IMG/VR virus record: IMGVR_UViG_3300028587_000017
Span: 1 to 39,327 of that record
DNA: 39,327 nt
Strand: one strand, 5' to 3'
From: a virus
Lineage: Duplodnaviria; Caudoviricetes
Shown here: positions 8,385-16,522 of the stretch, piece by piece
Layout of the letters: each line of letters begins with the position of its first letter
Numbering within the stretch: position 1 is the stretch's first letter
Made by a program: the position numbers and the translations under genes
Notes under the pieces: generated by a model
Databases searched by the model: none
Told to the model about the DNA's origin: nothing
Seen by the model: only the letters and a program-made list of their open reading frames with translations

Positions 8385-8410
8385 CTAAGGCGCCCCTTGG
8401 AGCGCATAGT
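8381..8410 (+). promoter_or_regulatory. Putative promoter of the initiator-like gene
   Basis: TTGACT-N18-CATAGT upstream of GAGGAG RBS and GTG 8437. Confidence 0.6.
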
Positions 8411-8436
8411 CCACTGTGTGAGAGAGAGGAGCTGTC

Positions 8437-8841
8437 GTGGGTCGCTTCGTAATGGTCGAGTGCGCCATCTGGACGGACCCCGACTTCGCGGCTCTGTCCG
8501 CCGACGCTCAACTCCTCTTCCTCTGGAGCTGGACCAATCCCAAGGCCGCGATCAGCGGCATCTACGAGGTCTCGGTGCGGGCGATGTCTCGCCTGTTCGG
8601 CAATGACAGCCTCCGAGTCCGCTACGCGCTCGATGAGCTGGCACGAAAGCCGATGGTCAGGTACGACCAAGAGAACGAGGTGCTGTGGGTCGTCAAGCGC
8701 GCCCACTACGCCAACCGTTCCCCCAAGGTTGCTGTCGCCATGCAGCGGGAGGTCCTCTCCTGCCCCGACACGCCGCTACTCAAGGAGTTCACAGCCATGT
8801 ACGGCTCACGCCTCGCGATCCGAGTTCCCGATGGCCGCTGA
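8437..8841 (+). CDS. Phage replisome-organiser/replication-initiator N-terminal (wHTH) domain protein
   Basis: IWTDPDF..LSADAQLLFLW.WTN.....SGIYEVS...M.......VRYALDEL.....VRYD....VLWV is the typical N-terminal domain of phage initiators. Confidence 0.75.
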   Translation: MGRFVMVECAIWTDPDFAALSADAQLLFLWSWTNPKAAISGIYEVSVRAMSRLFGNDSLRVRYALDELARKPMVRYDQENEVLWVVKRAHYANRSPKVAVAMQREVLSCPDTPLLKEFTAMYGSRLAIRVPDGR

Positions 8842-9031
8842 GACAGAGCAGGACCTCACCTACGCCGAGCGCTCGTTCGGTGCCCTGCGCGACGCCCAGA
8901 ACATCGTGAGCGCGGCGCGGTCGAACCAGATGATTACCATCGCCCGGGTCGTGCTGCTCGTCGGCTCGGCGATCGTCTACTCCCTGTCGGACATCGCCGA
9001 CAAAGTGGACGAGCTGCGGTACAAGCGGTGA
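8831..9031 (+). CDS. Small hypothetical protein
   Basis: ATG 8831 overlapping the previous gene, coupled to the next; hydrophobic central helix. Confidence 0.65.
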   Translation: MAAETEQDLTYAERSFGALRDAQNIVSAARSNQMITIARVVLLVGSAIVYSLSDIADKVDELRYKR

Positions 9032-9378
9032 TCGAGGTAGTGAGGGAGTTGCGCCCCGAGGACGTCCGCTGCCCCGTCTGTAACGTGAACTGGATGCGGC
9101 CGAGCGACACCTGCTGCGACGAGTGCCGTTGCCCGGGAGTGAGGCATCCGGAGTGGGATCGCGTGATGACCTTCGTCGAGCGTCAGGTGCCCGCGAGCAC
9201 CTATCACCAGTGGCTCTCATCGCTCCACTACCACGGCGAGGGGCGCGGCTATCTGCTGATCGGCTGCGACCCCACGGTGCTCCGCTACGTCGAGGAGCGC
9301 TACGGCAATGTGCTCAACGACCTCGTGGGGCTCGACCACGAGGTTTGTCTGATCCCCTGCTACGGAAGAACGCCGTGA
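9028..9378 (+). CDS. Zn-finger + DnaA N-terminal (domain I)-like protein
   Basis: CPVC...CCDECRC, then EWDRVMTFVERQVPASTYHQWLSSL......LLIGC....LRYVEERY...L matching the DnaA domain I pattern. Confidence 0.75.
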   Translation: MIEVVRELRPEDVRCPVCNVNWMRPSDTCCDECRCPGVRHPEWDRVMTFVERQVPASTYHQWLSSLHYHGEGRGYLLIGCDPTVLRYVEERYGNVLNDLVGLDHEVCLIPCYGRTP

Positions 9379-9500
9379 AGCCGGGTATGTTCCGGTCATG
9401 GACTGCCGCAGCAGTCGTCCTTGTTGCCGCCGTGGTGGTTCTGGCCCTCGTCGTCCTCGGCGTGGTCAAGTTCATCGAGGTGACGGAGATCACCTGGTGA
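9375..9500 (+). CDS. Small membrane protein
   Basis: GTGA overlap; AAAVVLVAAVVVLALVVLGVV TM segment. Confidence 0.65.
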   Translation: MKPGMFRSWTAAAVVLVAAVVVLALVVLGVVKFIEVTEITW

Positions 9501-9595
9501 CGAAGATCGGCAAGCGCAAGCGGTGCTGGTCCTGCGGGCACGTCATGTGGTGGTTCGTCCCCCACTGTCCGAAGTGCCGAGAGCCGCAACCTTGA
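9497..9595 (+). CDS. Tiny zinc-ribbon protein
   Basis: GTGA overlap; CWSCG......HCPKC. Confidence 0.6.
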   Translation: MTKIGKRKRCWSCGHVMWWFVPHCPKCREPQP

Positions 9596-9629
9596 CTCGT
9601 CCGGCGGGGGGGCAAGACTGTGCGGGGAC

Positions 9630-9968
9630 GTGACTGCCGCACAGCACACCCGGATCGTCCTCGCTGAGTTCAAGGCGATCGGGACACCCTTCCGGACAGC
9701 ATGGGCAGCGGCGATGCGCACCTTGCCGCGCAAGCAACCCGAGTACAAGGAGTGGAAGCGCGCTCTCTATTGGGCGCGTCCCGCGTTCGAGGCCTACTAC
9801 AACGGCAGCGACTACGCCATCGTGGTCGTCTCCGAGGACGCCACGACGCTACAGAACCCGCCGCCAGTAGAGGCCGTCGCGGCGAGTCTGTTGCTCCAGG
9901 ACGCCCTCACGGAGAAGCTGCGGCAAGAGGCCGACAGCGACAGCAGCGGCGCTCGGCTCGCCGCGTAG
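9630..9968 (+). CDS. Hypothetical protein
   Basis: GTG start, good codon bias in the 5' two-thirds; 3' end overlaps a - strand ORF. Confidence 0.7.
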   Translation: MTAAQHTRIVLAEFKAIGTPFRTAWAAAMRTLPRKQPEYKEWKRALYWARPAFEAYYNGSDYAIVVVSEDATTLQNPPPVEAVAASLLLQDALTEKLRQEADSDSSGARLAA

Positions 9969-10133
9969 CTCCAGCACCCGCTGAATCTCCCGCGTCGAGG
10001 CCCAGCGCGTCACCCGAACCCCCGACGCCTGCTGCACGCCCTGCAGCGTCGCCGCCCGATAGGCCGCCTCGCTCGACAGCGCCTGCGGCGTCTCCCGCAT
10101 GATGATCGGCTCCAGGCCAGCGGGCCGCAGCAT
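9849..10133 (-). CDS. Putative winged-helix protein, last gene of the late operon
   Basis: TGATG coupling to the endolysin stop; STREIQRVL....SAAAVA...L.QLLREGVLEQ.....LYWR looks like a wHTH. Confidence 0.5.
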   Translation of the reverse strand: MLRPAGLEPIIMRETPQALSSEAAYRAATLQGVQQASGVRVTRWASTREIQRVLELRGEPSAAAVAVGLLPQLLREGVLEQQTRRDGLYWRRVL

Positions 10134-10876
10134 CACGACCACCGCGTCACGTAGCGGGGGATGCGCGCCTCGCCGTGCGGGCCGCCCATCGCGTACCACT
10201 GGCACCAGTCCCAGCGCGTGCGCACCAACGTCCCGTCGGGGAACTCCAGCGTCCGGGGCCACCAGCCGTCGGTCGAGTCGGGGTGCGGGCACTTCCCCGT
10301 CTTGGCGATCGACAGCGCGGCGACCGGCCAGTTGTGCGCCATGATCGCGCACCGCAGCTGGCGCTCCCACGAGAACTTCGCCCACGAGTGGACCGCGTAC
10401 CCCTTCGCCCGCTCGGTGACGGTGATGAGCGCCCCCTTGAGGCTCTCGGGCGCGTTGAAGGCGTGTCGCAGGTTCACCGAAGAGAAGGGTGGACCCACGA
10501 CACGCTCCTGCACGACGCCGCAGTCGACGCCGCCGGTCACGCCCCAGTTCACGGCGCCGAAGTAGTAGCCACCCTCGCCCTCGACCATGCCGAGCCCGAG
10601 CCCGTTCGGCGCACCGTTGATGAACGTCACGGCGCACAGGTGCTGGCACGCGGCCAGCTGCGTCTTGGGACCCGCGATCCCGTCCGCGAGCAGGCTCATG
10701 CGCTTCTGGTAGCTGGCGACGGCGCCTTCGGTCACGGTCCCGAAGGCGCCGTCCGCGACGAGGGTAGACCCGTTGACGAAGTTGAGGCACTTCTGCAGGC
10801 CGAAGACCGCCCACCCGCTGTCGCCGGTCTTGAGCGCGGTGTCGATCGACCGAGGCGGCTCGGCAGGCAGGGTCAT
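10133..10876 (-). CDS. Endolysin 2: peptidoglycan-binding domain + lysozyme-like/lytic transglycosylase domain
   Basis: PG_binding_1 pattern LKTGDSG.AV..LQ..LN...DGAFG..TEGAV..YQ.....ADGIAGPKT; SLT-like motifs MVEGEGG, DCGVVQ, AIMAHN. Confidence 0.8.
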   Translation of the reverse strand: MTLPAEPPRSIDTALKTGDSGWAVFGLQKCLNFVNGSTLVADGAFGTVTEGAVASYQKRMSLLADGIAGPKTQLAACQHLCAVTFINGAPNGLGLGMVEGEGGYYFGAVNWGVTGGVDCGVVQERVVGPPFSSVNLRHAFNAPESLKGALITVTERAKGYAVHSWAKFSWERQLRCAIMAHNWPVAALSIAKTGKCPHPDSTDGWWPRTLEFPDGTLVRTRWDWCQWYAMGGPHGEARIPRYVTRWS

Positions 10877-11196
10877 GGGATCTGCGTTGCCCCAGGCGGA
10901 GAAACGGTCACGCCGGTGGTCGCGGTGCCCGTGTAGGCGGCGCCCGCCTCGTGCACCTGCCGCGTCAACAGCACCGCCTTCTCCCACTCGGAGCGATTCC
11001 GCAGCCACTGCCACGCGCCGAGCGCAACACCAGCCACGACCGCGACGACGTAGGCCGTGAGGTCCGCACCATTCAGATCGAGCCCGAGCGCGTCCTGCGC
11101 CCAGTTCGCCACGATACCCGCGAGCGGCAACAGGATCGGCGTCAGCACGAAGGCGACCACCTTCCCGATCTGGCTCTTTACAGCATCCTCCACCAT
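10873..11196 (-). CDS. Holin (two TM helices)
   Basis: AGGAGG RBS, ATG 11196; two hydrophobic segments; lies between two endolysins. Confidence 0.75.
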   Translation of the reverse strand: MVEDAVKSQIGKVVAFVLTPILLPLAGIVANWAQDALGLDLNGADLTAYVVAVVAGVALGAWQWLRNRSEWEKAVLLTRQVHEAGAAYTGTATTGVTVSPPGATQIP

Positions 11197-11204
11197 GGTT
11201 CCTC

Positions 11205-11876
11205 CTAGTAGCCACTCCGCGAGAAGTGGACACGATCGTTCGGCAAATGGTTCGTGAGCTTCGGGTTCAACGGGCAGCGCGCCATGAGCTGCCCGAAACG
11301 AATGTAGTCCGACACGTCGATGGCGCCGGACCCAAATGCGGACTGCGAGTGGGCCGAGCCGCGACCAGCACAGCGTCCCGGGCACGTCGGTCGGCCGCAC
11401 ATGCCGTAGCACAGGCGCTCCGAGTACAGCGGGTCGCGCCACCCGCTCACGAGACGCCCCGACCAACCGTTGCGCCGCGCCCACTCCATGTAGGGCACGA
11501 TCCACCTCGCGACGGGCTTGCCGTCGTAGTAGGTCACGCCCGACGCCCGCACCGCCTGCACATGGTTGCGGGCCACGTCACGGCGACGCTTGATCCGCCG
11601 CTTGAGGCCTCGGCGCACGCGACGGCGATGCCACTTCGTCTTCCCCAGCACTCGGCGCGGGTTCGCGAGCTGGCGACGGAAGTCCCGGTTCACCTTCGCC
11701 GCCTTGATGCGCTTCCGCGAGTAGCCGAGCAGGAAGTAGACGTACCTGATCCGCTTGCGCGTGAGGGCGCCCATCTCGCCGTCGATGCGCAGCGGCGTGA
11801 GGCTCAGGGACTTGTCGCGGGAGAAGCGGTTGAGATCCCGCTGGAGGCGCTTCACCTGTCTCTCGGAAAGGGCCAT
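11205..11876 (-). CDS. Endolysin 1: degenerate PG-binding domain + M15-family (LAS) Zn peptidase
   Basis: LQRDLN...LRIDGEMG.LT; catalytic pattern SGWR...SAH......AID...DRVH. Confidence 0.8.
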   Translation of the reverse strand: MALSERQVKRLQRDLNRFSRDKSLSLTPLRIDGEMGALTRKRIRYVYFLLGYSRKRIKAAKVNRDFRRQLANPRRVLGKTKWHRRRVRRGLKRRIKRRRDVARNHVQAVRASGVTYYDGKPVARWIVPYMEWARRNGWSGRLVSGWRDPLYSERLCYGMCGRPTCPGRCAGRGSAHSQSAFGSGAIDVSDYIRFGQLMARCPLNPKLTNHLPNDRVHFSRSGY

Positions 11877-11885
11877 GGCCGAAGC

Positions 11886-12275
11886 CTACTCAGCGGGAAC
11901 GGTGACTAGACCGTTCACGATCTCGGGCACGACGCCCGTGTTCAGGACCTGGAGATAGCGCTCCTGCTCGGGCGTCGACAGCGGCAAGCCCGAGTCGCAG
12001 TCGAGGATCTGGAACAGCTCCGGCGCGATCTTCGTGGTGGTCGAGTCGCGGATCGGCGTGTCGGCGACGGTGAACTCGCGGGCGCGCAGCAGCAGGTAGC
12101 CGCGTGCCACGTTGCCGCGACAGATGCTCACGCGGTCGTCGTGGCGAGCCTCGTTCCTCGACGCCGAGATGTAGATGAAGCCCATGACCCCGACGAGGAT
12201 GATGAGCGCGATGCCGAGAATCGCGGCGAGCCGCAGAGCCGCGAGCATGTCCGTCCGCTCCTCACTGGCGGGCAC
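11886..12275 (-). CDS. Membrane protein of the lysis region
   Basis: N-terminal TM LAAILGIALIILVGVMGFIYI. Confidence 0.75.
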   Translation of the reverse strand: MPASEERTDMLAALRLAAILGIALIILVGVMGFIYISASRNEARHDDRVSICRGNVARGYLLLRAREFTVADTPIRDSTTTKIAPELFQILDCDSGLPLSTPEQERYLQVLNTGVVPEIVNGLVTVPAE

Positions 12276-12603
12276 GCGCCAGCTCTCCGTTGAAGTCGCA
12301 CTGCCGATCGAGGTCGTGGAGAATCTCGCAGACCCGTCCCACGCATCTGGCGATCAGCTCGGCCGAGTCGGGATCAATCTGCGCCACGAGGGCGCACTGG
12401 GATCGGGCTCCCGCGAGGCGCTGCTCTTGGATCGCCACGTCCTGCTGCGCCAGATGCACGTAGCCGAAGGTGAGCGTCAGGGTCATCACGACGAGGCACA
12501 TGCCGCAGATCGCGGCGAGCAGCACCACCAGCCGGTTCATGTCCTGCGGCGGCGATAGGAAGCGCCGGTGATGCGATGGCCGGTGCTCGTCCTCGGTGCT
12601 CAT
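12262..12603 (-). CDS. Membrane protein of the lysis region
   Basis: TM LVVLLAAICGMCLVVMTLTLTFGYV; Cys-containing C-terminus. Confidence 0.7.
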   Translation of the reverse strand: MSTEDEHRPSHHRRFLSPPQDMNRLVVLLAAICGMCLVVMTLTLTFGYVHLAQQDVAIQEQRLAGARSQCALVAQIDPDSAELIARCVGRVCEILHDLDRQCDFNGELARARQ

Positions 12604-12935
12604 GGCCCTTGGCCTCCAAGCAGGGCTACGACGATGATCGCCAGCGCCCCGATGAGTGCGGCGCCCAGCGTGCCCGCGAGGGCGTAGAGGGCGTTCCGCG
12701 TGGCGCGACGCTCAGCGGAGACAGCCTCGTCCCTCTGCTCGTCGCGGGTGTCGATCTTCTCCTGGAAGGTGTGCAGATCCTTGTTGGTGCGCTGCGCGAG
12801 GTCCTCGATGTGTTCCAGCTGCACCTGATTGCGCGCCTGCGCCTCGGCCACGGGCAGGAGCCGAGTGAGCTGGGTCTCGAAGTCGGACACCCGCTGCTCC
12901 AATCTCGCCATCCGGCTCTCGATCGAATCGGGCAT
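12600..12935 (-). CDS. Coiled-coil protein with C-terminal TM (XhlA-like architecture)
   Basis: TGATG coupling; RMARLEQRVSDFE heptads plus terminal hydrophobic helix. Confidence 0.75.
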   Translation of the reverse strand: MPDSIESRMARLEQRVSDFETQLTRLLPVAEAQARNQVQLEHIEDLAQRTNKDLHTFQEKIDTRDEQRDEAVSAERRATRNALYALAGTLGAALIGALAIIVVALLGGQGP

Positions 12936-14347
12936 CAGACCACCATCATCAGCACGGTGTCGTCGTCGAGGCAGATCCGCAGGATCACGAGGTCGACCGT
13001 GCCCTCGAAGTTGTCGGCGTCCGTGTCCCAGGCCCAGAGCTTCCACGTCCCTGTGACACTCTCTCCCAGAAGGTACTCCAGGTGGGAGCGACCGCTCGGA
13101 CCACCCTCATAGAAGAAGCTCTCGGCGCCGCTCTGGAAGTAGACCGGGCCGAAGAAGTTGCCCCACAGCGGACCCCACGTGCCGTCGAAGTTGGAGTCGT
13201 CGAAGTCGTCCAGCGCACCGCCGCTGTCGTCCGAGTGGAACCATGCGATGTGCGAGCCGTCGCCCAGGTCGTGATCCTGCTGGCTGTTGCCTAGGAAGAC
13301 CGGGACGCGCCTGCCCGACGGCGACTCCAGAGCGACGCCGACCCAGCCGATCGCGGGGTGCGTGATCTTGAGGCCGACCTGGATGTTGGTGACGTTGCCG
13401 ACGTCGGCGATCGGTCCCAGGTTCGCGGAGATGGCGACGTCCTCGATGAAGTCGCTAGCGTCCTGGTCCATCCCCGGCGTGTCGAGCGCGGGCGCCTCCG
13501 AGAGTCGTTCCGCGCACGTCGGCGTGAACTCGCTGTCCAGCGTGTCGGTCTCCCCGGGGCCGTAGACGAGCAGCGCCCACCAATGGTCAATGCCGCCATG
13601 GGCGAACGTCGCCGACAGCACAGACAGGGGTCCGGTGACGCCGTTGGCATCCAACTGCATCTCCTCGGTCATGTCCGTACGACCGATCCAGTGAGGGACG
13701 AGCGTCCCGCCCAGGTAGCGCGGGTGGGAGATGGTGATGACGGTGAAGATCGTGCGGCCGGACAGCAGCGGCGACCCCACCGGCGTCGAGGGCGCGTAGT
13801 AGTCCGTGCCGGGGTAGCTGGAGCCGTAGGGGACCGGCGCCGCTGGCTCGTTGTCCTGCCAGTCGAAGTCCCCAATGTCGCTGCCGCCCGTGGCCCACAC
13901 ACGGATCGCGTACTCGCCGTCGACCGGCGAGGTGATCTCGTCCAGACCGTCGTGCAACGACATACCGCCCACGTTCTGAAACGCCTCCGCGTGGCCCCAG
14001 GCGTACCCCATCGTGCCGCCGGACGTCGTGTAGGTGCCAAGGCTGTAGGTAACGCCCGGCGAGAAGTCGGCCGTCACGGCGGCCTTCGTGAGGAGCACCA
14101 TCGTCACGAAGCCGCCCCCCGTCGGGCCGCCCCCGGTCGCCGGGTTGTTGTTCCAGTTCGTGCCAGCGTTCACCGACGCGAACGTGCTCCAGCCGGGCGC
14201 CGACAGGAACGTCCCGCCCGCCAGGTAGACGGTTGCCACGATGATGGACCCGGCCGGGGCGCTCACGATCGGCAGCTGGATGGCGCCCGACGACAGCGTG
14301 ACCGCGCCCACGGTCACGCTGCTGCGGCTCGCGCCGACGATGCCCAT
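12935..14347 (-). CDS. Tail-tip/receptor-binding protein with C-terminal proprotein-convertase P-domain
   Basis: Last tail gene; VTNIQVGLKITHPAIG.VGVALESPSG...GESVTGTWKL..WD.....EGTV is the P-domain signature. Confidence 0.75.
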   Translation of the reverse strand: MGIVGASRSSVTVGAVTLSSGAIQLPIVSAPAGSIIVATVYLAGGTFLSAPGWSTFASVNAGTNWNNNPATGGGPTGGGFVTMVLLTKAAVTADFSPGVTYSLGTYTTSGGTMGYAWGHAEAFQNVGGMSLHDGLDEITSPVDGEYAIRVWATGGSDIGDFDWQDNEPAAPVPYGSSYPGTDYYAPSTPVGSPLLSGRTIFTVITISHPRYLGGTLVPHWIGRTDMTEEMQLDANGVTGPLSVLSATFAHGGIDHWWALLVYGPGETDTLDSEFTPTCAERLSEAPALDTPGMDQDASDFIEDVAISANLGPIADVGNVTNIQVGLKITHPAIGWVGVALESPSGRRVPVFLGNSQQDHDLGDGSHIAWFHSDDSGGALDDFDDSNFDGTWGPLWGNFFGPVYFQSGAESFFYEGGPSGRSHLEYLLGESVTGTWKLWAWDTDADNFEGTVDLVILRICLDDDTVLMMVV

Positions 14348-14781
14348 TACGCCGGGGCCACAACGAAGGTCGCGACCACGTTCCCCGCGCCAGCTCCCGC
14401 CGTGATCTCCGGGTAGTAGTAGTCGCCCGTCTCCACGCTGATCGTCGTGCCGTAGTCCATGTTGTCGCCGAACGCCGAGAAGACCTGCCCCGAGGACGAC
14501 ACCGTGAGCGTGTGCACCAGCACCGGGTTCGGGTCGCTGATCGGCGGGTCCCAGCGCACCACGATGAAGTCGATGGTGACGGTCCCCGAGCCCGCGAAGG
14601 CCTGCACGCCCACGATGCGCTCGCGCACCGGCAGCGCCGGGGGCCAGGCGCGAACCTCGCCCGGGTCCATGATGAAGTTCTCCGACGAGAGCTGCGGCGA
14701 GCGCGTGCGCAGGCGGCGGAGCTGCTCGGCGTGGCTGGCGTGCGACGTGAGCAGGTCGTTGGGGCGCGGGAACCCGGCCAT
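14347..14781 (-). CDS. Minor tail protein
   Basis: ATG 14781 (TGATG coupling), beta-rich, position in tail module. Confidence 0.7.
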   Translation of the reverse strand: MAGFPRPNDLLTSHASHAEQLRRLRTRSPQLSSENFIMDPGEVRAWPPALPVRERIVGVQAFAGSGTVTIDFIVVRWDPPISDPNPVLVHTLTVSSSGQVFSAFGDNMDYGTTISVETGDYYYPEITAGAGAGNVVATFVVAPA

Positions 14782-16013
14782 CAGGTCTCGTCCACGTCCA
14801 GCGTCACGTCGATGTCCACGTCGGACGGGATCAGCGTGAGCTGGGTCTGCATCGGCCCGCGAGCGCCGGGCTGGGAGAGCACGACCTGCGTGATGCGGTA
14901 CTTCTTGTTGACCTCGCGGTAGCCACGCTTGGCACGCACCTTCACCGAGTCGCCGATGTAGAAGTCGCCGACGGTGTTGCCGTCCGGCCATCCCGGGTCG
15001 CCGTAGAAGAACACCGCGCCCGAGTCGAGCCGCAGCCGGATCTCGGTCTGCTTCGGCGGGATGCCGTACGCCTTGATGTGCGCCTTGGCGTACTGCTTGA
15101 GGACGTTCACGTCCAGAGAGTCCTTGATCTTCCAGTCGGTCGCCACCCAGTCGACCCACATGCCGTGCTCCTCGGCGTAGTCCGGCGTGAAGCCGGTGAC
15201 GCGCCACGAGCGGTCGGTGTCGACGACGTGGACGTGCGTGGTCGGGTGGCCGGGCGTGACCACGATCGACGGGGCGTTGTCGTTCGTCGGCGTGTCCCAG
15301 TCCTCGTCGTCGCCGTAGTCGAACTTCACCGTCGTGGAGAGATCGGAGCCCAGGCGCTCGTACAGCCGCAGCGTGGCGTAGACGCCCGGCCCCGCGCCCG
15401 GCCCGACCTTCGTCGCCATGTCGAAGTCCGGCCCCGTGTCCTGCGCGCAGATGTCGAGGATCATCTGCCAGACCTCCTGGCCACGCTCCACGTCGATCTT
15501 CTGGGTGTCCTCGATCGAGTCCACGTCCTCCACGACGCAGCCGAGCACGGGGTAGCCGGGTGCCGCCTGCGCTGCGTCCACGAGCAGGTCGATCCCTCGG
15601 TAGTCGGGGTAGATGCGCCCGCGCTGGTTGTCGGCCGGGTCGTTGAGGGCGTCGTCCCCGATGCGAACGTAGTGGTGCTGCATCCGCACGCTCGGATCGA
15701 CCGCTTCCAGCGTCACCCGCCCGTTCTCGAAGTCGTCGATCACGTTGGCCTGACCCCAGAACACGGGCTCGTCGTTGTTGACCTCGCCGGGCCGGTGGTA
15801 CTTGATCCGCAGACCCTGCTGCCACGGGCGCAGGTCTTCCACGAGCGGGTCCTCCATCGACAGCGACGCCTTCGCCGAGCGGCCCTCGTTCAACGGGTGC
15901 GTCACCTCCACGTCGAAGACCTGTTCGGGCTCCAGGAAGTCGTCCGAGTCGATGTCTCCGCCCGAGTCGATGAGCGGCGTGATCTGCACCGTGAGGCGGC
16001 CGTAGTCGCTCAC
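14781..16013 (-). CDS. Tail hub/Tal-like minor tail protein
   Basis: GTG 16013 (GTGA overlap); follows Dit; VFWG and FYIGDSVKV....YRI motifs typical of siphovirus hub proteins. Confidence 0.8.
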   Translation of the reverse strand: MSDYGRLTVQITPLIDSGGDIDSDDFLEPEQVFDVEVTHPLNEGRSAKASLSMEDPLVEDLRPWQQGLRIKYHRPGEVNNDEPVFWGQANVIDDFENGRVTLEAVDPSVRMQHHYVRIGDDALNDPADNQRGRIYPDYRGIDLLVDAAQAAPGYPVLGCVVEDVDSIEDTQKIDVERGQEVWQMILDICAQDTGPDFDMATKVGPGAGPGVYATLRLYERLGSDLSTTVKFDYGDDEDWDTPTNDNAPSIVVTPGHPTTHVHVVDTDRSWRVTGFTPDYAEEHGMWVDWVATDWKIKDSLDVNVLKQYAKAHIKAYGIPPKQTEIRLRLDSGAVFFYGDPGWPDGNTVGDFYIGDSVKVRAKRGYREVNKKYRITQVVLSQPGARGPMQTQLTLIPSDVDIDVTLDVDET

Positions 16014-16522
16014 AAGTAGGGCGTTCCGGCCTGGTAGAAGTACGGGTCGCTCATCCGCAGCGAGAACTGGAAGCCCCACTGGTAGGCGTAGTAGCGGTTG
16101 CCGTACGTCCACGTGGAGTTCGGCGTGAAGTCGATCACCCGCGCCGTGTACTGCCACGCCACGCCGCCGGGCACCGTGTAGGGCGTCACGGACATCGTGC
16201 CCTCGTCCTTCGAGGCCCCGAGCGCCTGCACCAGCGCGTTGATCCGCCCGTGCATCGACTCGCGGAAGGTGGCCATGGCGCGACCCTCGTAGACCAGCGT
16301 CTTGCCCAGGTAGCGAGAGTCGTAGGTGATCTCGCCGTGCCCGACCGTCAGCGGCTCACGGTTGTCGTCAGCGTCGGGGAGCGAGCGCCAGCCTTGGATG
16401 TTGTCGATCTTGATCCACGGGGAGGACGCCTTGTTGTTGAGCGTCACGGCGCTGCCAGAAGCGGGCGTCCAAACGTGTACTGCGTCCAGAGCGGGGGGAC
16501 CATCTGCTGCCGTGTACGCCAC
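16010..16522 (-). CDS. Distal tail protein (Dit)-like
   Basis: Directly after the tape measure; C-terminal FQFSLRMSDPYFY motif. Confidence 0.75.
   Translation of the reverse strand: MAYTAADGPPALDAVHVWTPASGSAVTLNNKASSPWIKIDNIQGWRSLPDADDNREPLTVGHGEITYDSRYLGKTLVYEGRAMATFRESMHGRINALVQALGASKDEGTMSVTPYTVPGGVAWQYTARVIDFTPNSTWTYGNRYYAYQWGFQFSLRMSDPYFYQAGTPYL

Noticed and set aside
9592-9619. TTGACT...AAGACT promoter with a G7 run (9606-9612) as a phase-variable spacer
   Set aside because: Poor -10, 16-bp spacer, and G7 is unremarkable in high-GC DNA
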